Shown here: positions 50,658 to 59,575 of the stretch, piece after piece
Layout: every line of letters starts with the position of its first letter
Position numbering within the stretch: the stretch's first letter is position 1
Assembly (NCBI GenBank): GCA_048937405.1
Contig: JBHLNF010000002.1
Location: forward strand, 384,001 to 448,000
Length of the DNA: 64,000 nt
Direction of reading: 5' to 3'
Source: Promethearchaeota archaeon
Lineage (GTDB): Archaea; Asgardarchaeota; Lokiarchaeia; Sigyniarchaeales; SOKP01
The notes under the pieces: generated by a model
The model's database searches: none
Seen by the model: only the letters and a program-made list of their open reading frames with translations
Told to the model about the DNA's origin: nothing
Translations under genes and position numbers: made by a program

Positions 50658-51812
50658 TTACACCTCTAATTTCTTAAACATGTAGATGAAATATGCTAAT
50701 GATGCATAAATTAAAGAGCTTAAATTAAGCCAAAATATACTAATTAAATTAGGAGGTAATCCTTTTAATGTTATTTCAGTTATCAATGGAACTGCATTTG
50801 ATAATGGAAGCATATTCATAAAAATTTGTATACCTCCTTCCGTATCACCTAAAGGAAGTATACTTCCCGAAAAAAGTATTATAATAATAAACATAATTAG
50901 ATACATTTGATTAGCACTTTGTTCTGTAGGGCTTAATGCAGAAATAAATAACCCAATACAGATTCCACTAAAACCGATCATTATAAGTACTAAAAAGAAA
51001 TAAAATAATGAACCCAAACTATACAATCCAAAAAATGCAGTTAAAATAAAAATCTCTGTGGATTGAAGTAGCATAATTGCAGAATTAGCAATTAATTTAC
51101 TTAAAATGATTTCTCTTTTAGCAGTTGGAGTTATAAGCATTCGAGGAAGTGGACCCTCGGAGACTATTGAAAGAGAAGTTAAGTTCATAGTTGTTCCAAG
51201 AATTATAATGGGTAGAATTAAAGGGATTGCATAATTTAAAATTGCTGATTCCCAAAAAGGGACATCAAATTCTAAATAAGGCACCATAATAGTAAAATTT
51301 GCCATCATATCTGTCTGTGCTCTAAATAATGCTATAGGTTCTTGAATTGCAACTTCAACTGCTGTTATTGCCGCGAGATCAGAAGCATCAATATGATATA
51401 TCAGAATTGGATTGGATTTATTCTCAACTAACTCTGAAAAATTACTTGGTAAAACAATAATTATATCTATATCTCCACTTCTTAAGAGTTCATAACAAGT
51501 CTGGTATGCATTTTCGTATTCATCTAAATTAGTAGCATTATAATAACCATGAAATCCCCATGATGAGGTACTATTTTGCATTATTGATATGAAAGTTTCA
51601 TCATATTTTGAAGAATTCGTAGGAAAGTCATCATATGTAGGCATATCATCGAGTGTGATAATAGCAGATGTAAAAAATTTTGTAAGACCCCCCCCAGTAG
51701 TTAAACCAAAAACTAAGATTAGTAATACAGGAATTATAAATATTAAAATTAATGTTCTTTTATCTGCTCTAATTCTACCAAATTCCTTTCGTATTAATCC
51801 GCCTAGATACAT
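50658..51812 (-). CDS. ABC-2 family permease with large extracellular loop
   Basis: KEFGRIRADK, RMLITPTAKREIILSK, FSGSILP, LPLSN. Confidence 0.92.
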   Translation of the reverse strand: MYLGGLIRKEFGRIRADKRTLILIFIIPVLLILVFGLTTGGGLTKFFTSAIITLDDMPTYDDFPTNSSKYDETFISIMQNSTSSWGFHGYYNATNLDEYENAYQTCYELLRSGDIDIIIVLPSNFSELVENKSNPILIYHIDASDLAAITAVEVAIQEPIALFRAQTDMMANFTIMVPYLEFDVPFWESAILNYAIPLILPIIILGTTMNLTSLSIVSEGPLPRMLITPTAKREIILSKLIANSAIMLLQSTEIFILTAFFGLYSLGSLFYFFLVLIMIGFSGICIGLFISALSPTEQSANQMYLIMFIIIILFSGSILPLGDTEGGIQIFMNMLPLSNAVPLITEITLKGLPPNLISIFWLNLSSLIYASLAYFIYMFKKLEV

Positions 51813-52107
51813 TATATAGGGCTCTTAGGGACTAAATCAACTATGCTGTAATTTTAATTAATCAAATTAATATAGTAAATGATACTTTAAAAGAAAAATT
51901 GTTATTTATATTTAAAATTAGAAAGAATGTGGTCTAAAGATTTATCAAAAAAAAACTAATTCTTTCTAATATTATCTATTTGAAGGAGAAAAATCATTTT
52001 TCTAGTTTTCTTTTTCATTTCAAAATTATAATCTTAACCTTTAATTTCACTGGATAAATCATATAACATAACTATTTTTTATTTTAAATTATCGACTAAA
52101 TATTATT

Positions 52108-53502
52108 ATGAAAGAACTTGATTTTTTTTTTGATCCTAAATCAGTTGCAATAATTGGGGCTTCAGATAATTATAAATTCGGATATGCTACAACAAAATAT
52201 TTATTGAACTCAAAATTTAAAACATATCCAGTTAACCTCAATAAGCAAGAGATTCATGGACATAAAGTTTATAAGAACATAAAAGATATTCATGAAGATG
52301 TTGAATTAGCGATAGTCCTTGTTGGTAATGAATATGTTCTTCAAGTTGTTAAGGATTGTATTGAAAAGGGTGTAAAAGGGATAATAATAGAAACAGCCGG
52401 TTTTGCGGAGACAGGATTAAAAAAATATATTAATATTCAACATCAAATTGAAAAAATCGCTAAAGATTCAAAGGTTCGAATTATAGGTCCCAATTGCATA
52501 GGAGTAACTAATTTTAATAATCAGTTTTCTTCAGCAGATATGGATTTTGATAAAGCGATTAAAGGATCAATTGCAGTTATAGCTCAATCAGGTGTTTTAG
52601 GAAATATCTTTGTTGATTGGGCTCAAGACAAAGGTATTGGATTTTCAAAAACCATTACAATAGGAAATAAACTAGATGTTGATGAAGTTGATATGCTTAA
52701 TTATTTGAATGATGATCCCGAAACTAAAATTATTACTCTCTATTTAGAAGGCACAAAGCGTGGAAAAGAATTTATAGAGACACTCAAGAATATGAAAAAA
52801 CCAGTAATAATACTTAAAAATGGGAGAAGTGAAATTGGCTCTAAAGCTGTTAATAGTCATACAGGATCACTAGCGGGGAATGACAAAATTTATGATGCTG
52901 CTATCAAACAAAATTCTAAAATTTTTCGAGTTAAAAATTTCTATGAAATGTTTACTATTGCTCATATTTTTGATACTCAACCTTTACCTAGAGGGAAAAA
53001 TATAGCAATAGTAACGGGATCAGGAAGTTTAGGTGCTTTAGCATGTGATGAGATTGAAAGACATGGATTAAATCTTGCGAATTTAAGTAAAAACACAGTC
53101 TCACTTATTAAATCCGTGATTCCTAATTGGGTTTCAATTAGAGGTACCATAGATTTAGGACCGTCTTTATTTCAGACATTTGTCACCTCTATGAAAGCAA
53201 TTTTTGAAGATAAAAATGTTGATGCTATATTATACATTTTTTCAGTCCCTCGGTGGCCACTACAACTTAGGGGCTCTATGGCCTCAGAATGGGCAATTCA
53301 ACAATTTAATATAGTAAAAAAGTTAATTCAGGAATTTAATAAACCAATTGCTTGCGTATGCTTTGGATCGAGATGGACATTTGAATTTCTTAGAAAAGCA
53401 GAATCATTAACCAATCCTGAAATTAAAATTCCTATAATTAGCAGAATAAAACATGCTATTAAAGCTTTTAAAATCATGCATGAATACAATTTAGAACTAT
53501 AG
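52108..53502 (+). CDS. Acyl-CoA synthetase (NDP-forming) alpha subunit / CoA-binding protein
   Basis: PKSVAIIGAS, IIGPNCIG, AQSG, GNKLD, LYLEG, phospho-His motif SHTGSLAG. Confidence 0.9.
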   Translation: MKELDFFFDPKSVAIIGASDNYKFGYATTKYLLNSKFKTYPVNLNKQEIHGHKVYKNIKDIHEDVELAIVLVGNEYVLQVVKDCIEKGVKGIIIETAGFAETGLKKYINIQHQIEKIAKDSKVRIIGPNCIGVTNFNNQFSSADMDFDKAIKGSIAVIAQSGVLGNIFVDWAQDKGIGFSKTITIGNKLDVDEVDMLNYLNDDPETKIITLYLEGTKRGKEFIETLKNMKKPVIILKNGRSEIGSKAVNSHTGSLAGNDKIYDAAIKQNSKIFRVKNFYEMFTIAHIFDTQPLPRGKNIAIVTGSGSLGALACDEIERHGLNLANLSKNTVSLIKSVIPNWVSIRGTIDLGPSLFQTFVTSMKAIFEDKNVDAILYIFSVPRWPLQLRGSMASEWAIQQFNIVKKLIQEFNKPIACVCFGSRWTFEFLRKAESLTNPEIKIPIISRIKHAIKAFKIMHEYNLEL

Positions 53503-53650
53503 CAGAATTTTTAAAATTTTAAGTTTTAATTCTGAATCTAATTATTTTATTATTATCCTAATTTAAAAACCCTTTTTTTAAAAATTGGACTCCAAATTTT
53601 TTTAATTTAATTAAAATCTCCTCTTAATTAAGTAAAAAATAAATATTGGA

Positions 53651-54181
53651 GTGATAAAAAAAATGGATGGATTAAATTTTTTTGGCACCACATGGCAAGA
53701 AATTGTTGATTGGTTTCTGATTCAACCACTTTATGCACAAGTCCTTGTTTTAATAGGTGTTATTGCAGTTTTAATTCTTGCGGTAATTTTAGTATACTAT
53801 ATTCTAAAGGGTGTTGGATATTTAATATATTATATTTTAAAAGGACTATATTATCTTTTCAAAGGAATCGGTTTACTATTTTATAAGGGCTTTCAAGGAT
53901 TATATTACGCAATTTCAGGGAAACCTAAACCCAATAAAAATCAAGATGATACACAACAATTTTCACCTCAGGTTATAATAGTTAAACAACCAAAAGAACC
54001 TATTGTTCCAATTCAAGAAACCACTCAAATTGTTAGACCTGAAGTGACGTATTGTAGTGAATGTGGAATGAAATTCTCAGAATCGATGATTCAAACTTTA
54101 TCAGAAAGAGGATTTGCCTACTGTATTCATTGTGGAAATAAAAAAACTCAAGAAAACCATATGAGTATTGAAGTTCAATAA
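53651..54181 (+). CDS. TM protein with Tyr/Lys/Gly repeats and C-terminal zinc ribbon
   Basis: TM; YYILKGVGYLIYYILKGLYYLFKG; CSECG...CIHCG. Confidence 0.65.
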   Translation: MIKKMDGLNFFGTTWQEIVDWFLIQPLYAQVLVLIGVIAVLILAVILVYYILKGVGYLIYYILKGLYYLFKGIGLLFYKGFQGLYYAISGKPKPNKNQDDTQQFSPQVIIVKQPKEPIVPIQETTQIVRPEVTYCSECGMKFSESMIQTLSERGFAYCIHCGNKKTQENHMSIEVQ

Positions 54182-54223
54182 TTTTTTTATTCTCTTTTTT
54201 TTAATCAATTTTAGAAAATTAAT

Positions 54224-54823
54224 TCATATCAGTATATTATTTCTAAAATATCTTTTGCTGATGTTATAATATAAATAGAATACTAAGAGGTAATGAATTA
54301 GTATACAAAAGATTATTCCAAAACTTAGAAACATATAGCCAAGGTATAATCCCATTAAGAAAGGATATATCAAGTTTACTAATAAAAGTGTTCTATTTTT
54401 ATATGAAAACCATGCATGGAAATGATATAATGAAAAGATTAGGCTTGAAATAAAAATAACAGACAGATCATCTAAATTTAATGAATTTATCAAGATTCCA
54501 ATTAGATAATACCTAAAAATTAATTCTTCCATAATCATTGTTAATGGTAAAAATATCAATATGATTTTTCTATTATTTCCTTCAATTAAAGCATTTGTAA
54601 CATCATGTTTCCGCATCAATTCGATATTATCCTTATTGAAAATAAAAATTTCAATAAATTTTCCTATGGTTAGAAGAATAAGTAAACCAAAGAGTAAAAA
54701 TAAAATTATAAAAAGATTAAATTCTCTGATTACAAGATATCTAACATTAAAGCCAAAAAATATTGGAATAAACAATAATATAGATACAAGAGTAATAATT
54801 GTGTATTTATTAGAGTTTTCCAA
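54224..54823 (-). CDS. CPBP (Rce1/Abi-like) intramembrane protease
   Basis: MEELIFRY, FSLYH, LIH motifs. Confidence 0.85.
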   Translation of the reverse strand: MENSNKYTIITLVSILLFIPIFFGFNVRYLVIREFNLFIILFLLFGLLILLTIGKFIEIFIFNKDNIELMRKHDVTNALIEGNNRKIILIFLPLTMIMEELIFRYYLIGILINSLNLDDLSVIFISSLIFSLYHFHAWFSYKNRTLLLVNLIYPFLMGLYLGYMFLSFGIIFCILIHYLLVFYLYYNISKRYFRNNILI

Positions 54824-54881
54824 GATTCTACATACCTAAATTCCAATCTTTTATTTAATTTAGCGATATAAGTAAGAAAAT

Positions 54882-55166
54882 TCAATTAGGATAATCATTT
54901 TTAGAGCCCATTAGAGTAGTGGTTTCTTCAATCCACTGCGATAATTCCTGATCTAATCTACAATAAGTGACTACTTTATCTATATCTTTTAATTTAGAAA
55001 AAGAACATTCAACCATAACATCCCACCCTCCATACACAGGAGTGGCATAAGTAATTTTCCAATCTTCATCTGGTTGAGTAGATTTTAAGTCTTTTAATTT
55101 TTCAACAACGCTCCATTCTGTTCCAACTGCTTTTAAACGAATCAATATGTATCCTCGATAATAAAT
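54882..55166 (-). CDS. Lrp/AsnC ligand-binding-domain protein (stand-alone), probable ATT start
   Basis: RGYILIR first strand, VYGGWDVMVE, IEETTTLM; GAGGTG SD 6 nt before ATT; in-frame TAG just upstream. Confidence 0.75.
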   Translation of the reverse strand: MYYRGYILIRLKAVGTEWSVVEKLKDLKSTQPDEDWKITYATPVYGGWDVMVECSFSKLKDIDKVVTYCRLDQELSQWIEETTTLMGSKNDYPN

Positions 55167-55370
55167 TTCCTACACCTCGATTTTTTCAATTTAAGAAAAT
55201 TTTCTTCTTCTTTCTAATATTTATTTAACTTTAAATTGGAATATATTAAAGTAATTTAATGTTGCTATTATAAATTGTTTTAATAAACATTTAAGGTAAA
55301 ACTACTAAAAATGATTGGTATACATCATAATATAACTAAAATTGTCTTAGACACCTCAATCAACTTTCTC

Positions 55371-55388
55371 TTTACTCAAGTTTAAATA
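55371..55388 (+). promoter_or_regulatory. Conserved promoter element (TATA-containing) of GTPase operon copy 1
   Basis: TTTACTCAAGTTTAAATA, identical to 57502..57519. Confidence 0.7.
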
Positions 55389-55463
55389 ATTCGACTTTTT
55401 TTTCTTTATAAAAAATCACAATTTTTGTCTTTTTTTTTAAAAATAAAAAGTTGAATTTTCCTT

Positions 55464-56366
55464 ATGACAACAAAAATCACTTTTATTGGTATGCCTGAAG
55501 TAGGAAAGACAACCATTAAGAAAGTAATTTTCGATGGAGAAGATCCAAATAAATTAATTTTATTTCCTCTTGAAGCCTCTTTAAGGATTGATTATTCTGT
55601 ACATGAGTTTATGGGTTCTAAAATTGTTTTAATAGATACTCCAGGGCAAACTTTATCAGATTTATTAGAAAATGATGAAAAGCAAAAAAGAGCCTTCGAA
55701 AATGCTAATGCGATAATCTATATTTTCGATTATCCTACTTACATAAAAAATTCTGAAGCGATAATCAATGATATCAGGAATCTTTATAATGTCAATAGAA
55801 AACATGAATTTGGGGCTAAAATTATATTGTTTTTACATAAAGTCGATCTTATCCTAGCTAAAAAAATTGGTTTTAAACTTGCTATTGTCCAAAAACAAAT
55901 TAATAAATTACTAAGTTTGCCTGAGGATTTGCCTATTCATTTTACAAGCTTACATCCTAACTTAATATATACAGTTTATAATGCGTTATCAGATACAATC
56001 GGGATATTTTCAGATGAAATTTCAAGTTTAAAGAATATACTTAAAAACTTCATGAAGGAGTTATCTAAGACAATTATTTTAGTATCTAATAAAGAAGATA
56101 ACCTAATAATTCAAATATTATCTGATGATTTTGATACATCTCTTCTCTTTTCTATTTATGAAAATATTTATAGATCACGCAAATCACCAGATGATATCTT
56201 AGCTAAGAGCAGTTTAATTATGTTAGATTCCAATATATTGCATGTTGTGAAGTCAAATATCTCAACTTTGAATATAAATTTTAAAAACATGATAATAATA
56301 TCTGAAACACTAAAAATTAATGAGTTAGAAAACCTAATTGGAGAAATCAAAGAGAGAATAAATTGA
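55464..56366 (+). CDS. Rag/Gtr-like GTPase with C-terminal roadblock-like domain (copy 1)
   Basis: GMPEVGKTT, DTPGQ, Rag-type G4 HKVD, G5 TSL. Confidence 0.85.
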   Translation: MTTKITFIGMPEVGKTTIKKVIFDGEDPNKLILFPLEASLRIDYSVHEFMGSKIVLIDTPGQTLSDLLENDEKQKRAFENANAIIYIFDYPTYIKNSEAIINDIRNLYNVNRKHEFGAKIILFLHKVDLILAKKIGFKLAIVQKQINKLLSLPEDLPIHFTSLHPNLIYTVYNALSDTIGIFSDEISSLKNILKNFMKELSKTIILVSNKEDNLIIQILSDDFDTSLLFSIYENIYRSRKSPDDILAKSSLIMLDSNILHVVKSNISTLNINFKNMIIISETLKINELENLIGEIKERIN

Positions 56367-56382
56367 TTCTAAGACCATAAAT

Positions 56383-57420
56383 ATGTTACGTCAAGCTTAT
56401 ATACTTCTTAATGATGAGCTTCTATATCAAAAAAGTTATGCAAAAGGTATTGATGCTTCTTTTTTTACAAAAGTATACTCGAGAGTTAAAAAAGATTCAT
56501 TTTCTTTAAAAGGAAGTGAAATTGGTCTTTTTGAGTTTTTTGAAAGTAGAATTTCATATATAGTTGATAAAGAACTAAAATTAATTTTTCTTCTTATTGT
56601 TGGATTCTCAGATGATTTTGATGGTATTAAACTACTTCTACTCGATTTGAAGAAAAAATTTTTGAATACTTTTGGTCAGAATATTAGAAATAATGATATA
56701 TCCTTCAAAACTGAAGATATCAATCCCATTATTGATTCTATTCAAAGGAATTTCAAGGCAAAAATCTCAATAGTAGGGAGTTCAGGAGTAGGAAAAACAA
56801 CAATCGCTAGGCTAATTAAAGCTGAAGAAATTCCTATTGAACATATCCCTACTATCACTGGTAAGGTTGCAACTATTAAACTTGAAGAAACAAGTCTTTA
56901 TTTATGGGATTTTGCAGGTCAAGATGATTTTGATTATCTCTGGGAAAATTTCATGATGGGGAGTGATGCTATACTTGTAATGACAGATTCTACTCTAGAA
57001 AATATTGAAAAAAGCAAAAAATTTATAGATATTGCTAGTAAAATTACCCCTTATTCACGTATCGCAATTATTGCTAATAAACAAGACTTACCCAACGCAA
57101 TGAAAATAGAAGATATCGAAGAAAAAATGGGGCAAAAAACCTATGCTATGATTGGAATAGATCCAAATAATAGAATTAAAATCATAAGGATAATTGCAGA
57201 TCTCTTAGATATTAATCCTCAAGTATCACCACTATTAAAGCCAATGCTTGAAAGAGAACTTTTGATGCATAAAGTACAAAATGCATTAGATCAAGGGAAC
57301 CTCAATGATACCGTAGAATTTTTTGATAGAATTAGTAGAGTATGTTATGAAATTGGAGATCAAAGACAAGCCATTGAATTTAAAAGTAAAGCTGATAAGT
57401 TACGTCTTTTAGTAGATTAG
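56383..57420 (+). CDS. Longin-like + Arf-like small GTPase + C-terminal helical repeat (copy 1)
   Basis: GSSGVGKTT, IPTITG, WDFAGQ, ANKQDLP. Confidence 0.88.
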   Translation: MLRQAYILLNDELLYQKSYAKGIDASFFTKVYSRVKKDSFSLKGSEIGLFEFFESRISYIVDKELKLIFLLIVGFSDDFDGIKLLLLDLKKKFLNTFGQNIRNNDISFKTEDINPIIDSIQRNFKAKISIVGSSGVGKTTIARLIKAEEIPIEHIPTITGKVATIKLEETSLYLWDFAGQDDFDYLWENFMMGSDAILVMTDSTLENIEKSKKFIDIASKITPYSRIAIIANKQDLPNAMKIEDIEEKMGQKTYAMIGIDPNNRIKIIRIIADLLDINPQVSPLLKPMLERELLMHKVQNALDQGNLNDTVEFFDRISRVCYEIGDQRQAIEFKSKADKLRLLVD

Positions 57421-57501
57421 GTATATATTCATTTTCATAAATTTCTTTTATTATATATCCTATTGGAATTGAAAAAGATTCTCTAAATGGAAATCTATCG
57501 T

Positions 57502-57519
57502 TTTACTCAAGTTTAAATA
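57502..57519 (+). promoter_or_regulatory. Conserved promoter element of GTPase operon copy 2
   Basis: TTTACTCAAGTTTAAATA, identical to 55371..55388, at a similar distance from the ATG. Confidence 0.7.
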
Positions 57520-57598
57520 CATCAATTATTATTTGAATATAAAAAAATACTTATTTTTCCTAGTAAAAAATATAGTTATAGAAGTAAGATGCTGAATT

Positions 57599-58516
57599 AT
57601 GATAACAAAACGCGTTTCCTTGGTTGGCAAGCCTGCAGTTGGAAAGACAACAATTAAGAAAGTAATTTTTGAAGGAGAAGATCCTAATGAATTAGTTCTT
57701 TTCCCTCTCGAAGCAACAATTGGGATACAATATTCTGTGCATGAATTTATGAATATGAAAATAAGTTTAATAGATACACCTGGTCAATCCTTACCAATCC
57801 TATTACAGGATGAAGAAAAACAGATTACATCGTTTGAAAATACAGGGGCAATAATATATATTTTTGATTATCCAACCTGGATTACTGATTCTCAAGCTAT
57901 TATTGATGATATTCAAACTATATATAAAATTAATAAAAAACATAATTTTGGATCGAAAATTATTTTGTTTTTACATAAAGTTGATCTTTTAATAGATAAG
58001 AAGATTGGGAGTAGACTTGATCTTATTGGAAAACAAATATATAATCAATTAGATCTACCAGAAAAGTTTCCTATATATTTCACCAGTTTACATCCAAATT
58101 TAATTTACACAATCTATAATGCAATTTCAGATACAATTAGTAATTTTTCAGAAGATTCTTCAAGATTGAAAGAGATTTTAAAGAAATTAGTAGAAAAAAC
58201 TTCTAAAACAATATGCTTTGTTTCTAATAAAGAAGGTAACCTAATTATTCAGACTTCTAGTTTAGATTTTGATACAACTACTCTTTATTATTTATATGAA
58301 AAAATATATCACTCAATTAAAACCACAGAGCAACCTCTTTTTAACAGTAAGTTTATAAACGCAGGACCTAAATTATTATATGTGATAGTTGAGGATATTA
58401 ATAAATTTCATCCTAACTTTAAAAATCTACTATTTTTCTCCGAAGTATTGAAAGAAAATGAATTGAATACGTTAACAAATGAAGTTAAGAAAAAACTTGA
58501 GCAATTATATAATTAA
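57599..58516 (+). CDS. Rag/Gtr-like GTPase with C-terminal roadblock-like domain (copy 2)
   Basis: GKPAVGKTT, LEAT, DTPGQ, HKVD, TSL. Confidence 0.85.
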   Translation: MITKRVSLVGKPAVGKTTIKKVIFEGEDPNELVLFPLEATIGIQYSVHEFMNMKISLIDTPGQSLPILLQDEEKQITSFENTGAIIYIFDYPTWITDSQAIIDDIQTIYKINKKHNFGSKIILFLHKVDLLIDKKIGSRLDLIGKQIYNQLDLPEKFPIYFTSLHPNLIYTIYNAISDTISNFSEDSSRLKEILKKLVEKTSKTICFVSNKEGNLIIQTSSLDFDTTTLYYLYEKIYHSIKTTEQPLFNSKFINAGPKLLYVIVEDINKFHPNFKNLLFFSEVLKENELNTLTNEVKKKLEQLYN

Positions 58517-58537
58517 TATATTATTGAGAAAAAAGAG

Positions 58538-59575
58538 ATGCTAAGACAAATCTATATAATTTTAAATGACAGAATAATATATCAACGGAATTATGCTAAA
58601 GGTTTAGATGAAACTCTTTTTTCAAATGTCCTTTTAAATATCAAAAAAACGGTTTTTGCCAAATTTGCTGAAGAAACTGCATCTTATGAGTTTTTTACAT
58701 ATAAACTTTCATATATTGTAGAGAAAAGTTTGAAATTAATATTACTTTTTGTTACTGGTCTAGGAGATGATTTTAAGAATATAAAACCTCAATTACAGAA
58801 TTTTAAAAAAGAATTCATAGATTATTTTGGTGATAATTTAACTTCTGATAATCCAACAATCATCACTGATGTTCTTGATCCTATAATTGATGCCATTCAT
58901 AGAAATTTAAAACCTAAAATATCTATTGTGGGATTTTCTGGAGTAGGGAAAACTACTACTACTAAACTAATAAAATCAGAAGAAATCCCAATGCAACATA
59001 TCCCAACTATTACTGGTGAGGTTGCAACAATAAAAATTGGCAAATTACACTTCTTCCTATGGGATTTTGCAGGTCAAGATCAATTTGATTTTCTTTGGGA
59101 GAAATTTATTAAGGGAAGCGATGCTGTTCTCTTGATGACGGATTCAACATTAGAAAACCTTGAAAAAAGTAAATATTTCTTTGAATTAGTTAATAAGATA
59201 ATCCCATACGCTCGTTTAGCAGTTATTGCTAACAAACAAGATCTTCCAGAGGCAATGAAGATAGAGGATATTGAGAGATTAATGGGACAAAAAACTTATT
59301 CTATGATTGCTATTGACCCATATAATCGACCAAAAATGATTCGTATTATAGCAGATCTTTTAGATATGGATGCAAAAGTATCACCATTATTAAAACCTAT
59401 TTTTGAAAGAGATTTATTGATGGATAAAGTTCAAAATGCTTTAGAACAAGGAGAATTTAACCAAGCAGTTGAAATTTTTGAAAAAATAAGTAATTTATGT
59501 TTAGAACTGGGAGATGATTCTCTTTCAATAGAGCTCCAAGAAAAGGCAGATAAAATTAAAAGTCTATTAGGATAA
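58538..59575 (+). CDS. Longin-like + Arf-like small GTPase + C-terminal helical repeat (copy 2)
   Basis: GFSGVGKTT, IPTITG, WDFAGQ, ANKQDLP. Confidence 0.88.
   Translation: MLRQIYIILNDRIIYQRNYAKGLDETLFSNVLLNIKKTVFAKFAEETASYEFFTYKLSYIVEKSLKLILLFVTGLGDDFKNIKPQLQNFKKEFIDYFGDNLTSDNPTIITDVLDPIIDAIHRNLKPKISIVGFSGVGKTTTTKLIKSEEIPMQHIPTITGEVATIKIGKLHFFLWDFAGQDQFDFLWEKFIKGSDAVLLMTDSTLENLEKSKYFFELVNKIIPYARLAVIANKQDLPEAMKIEDIERLMGQKTYSMIAIDPYNRPKMIRIIADLLDMDAKVSPLLKPIFERDLLMDKVQNALEQGEFNQAVEIFEKISNLCLELGDDSLSIELQEKADKIKSLLG

Noticed and set aside
18535-59575. A complete eukaryote-like CaaX prenylation pathway (two prenyltransferase-like domains, two CPBP proteases, four small GTPases)
   Set aside because: None of the GTPases ends in CaaX, CC or CXC; no prenyltransferase alpha subunit is visible; the ABC-fused barrel appears extracellular and lacks DxC; CPBP proteases are ubiquitous in prokaryotes; and the genes are scattered.
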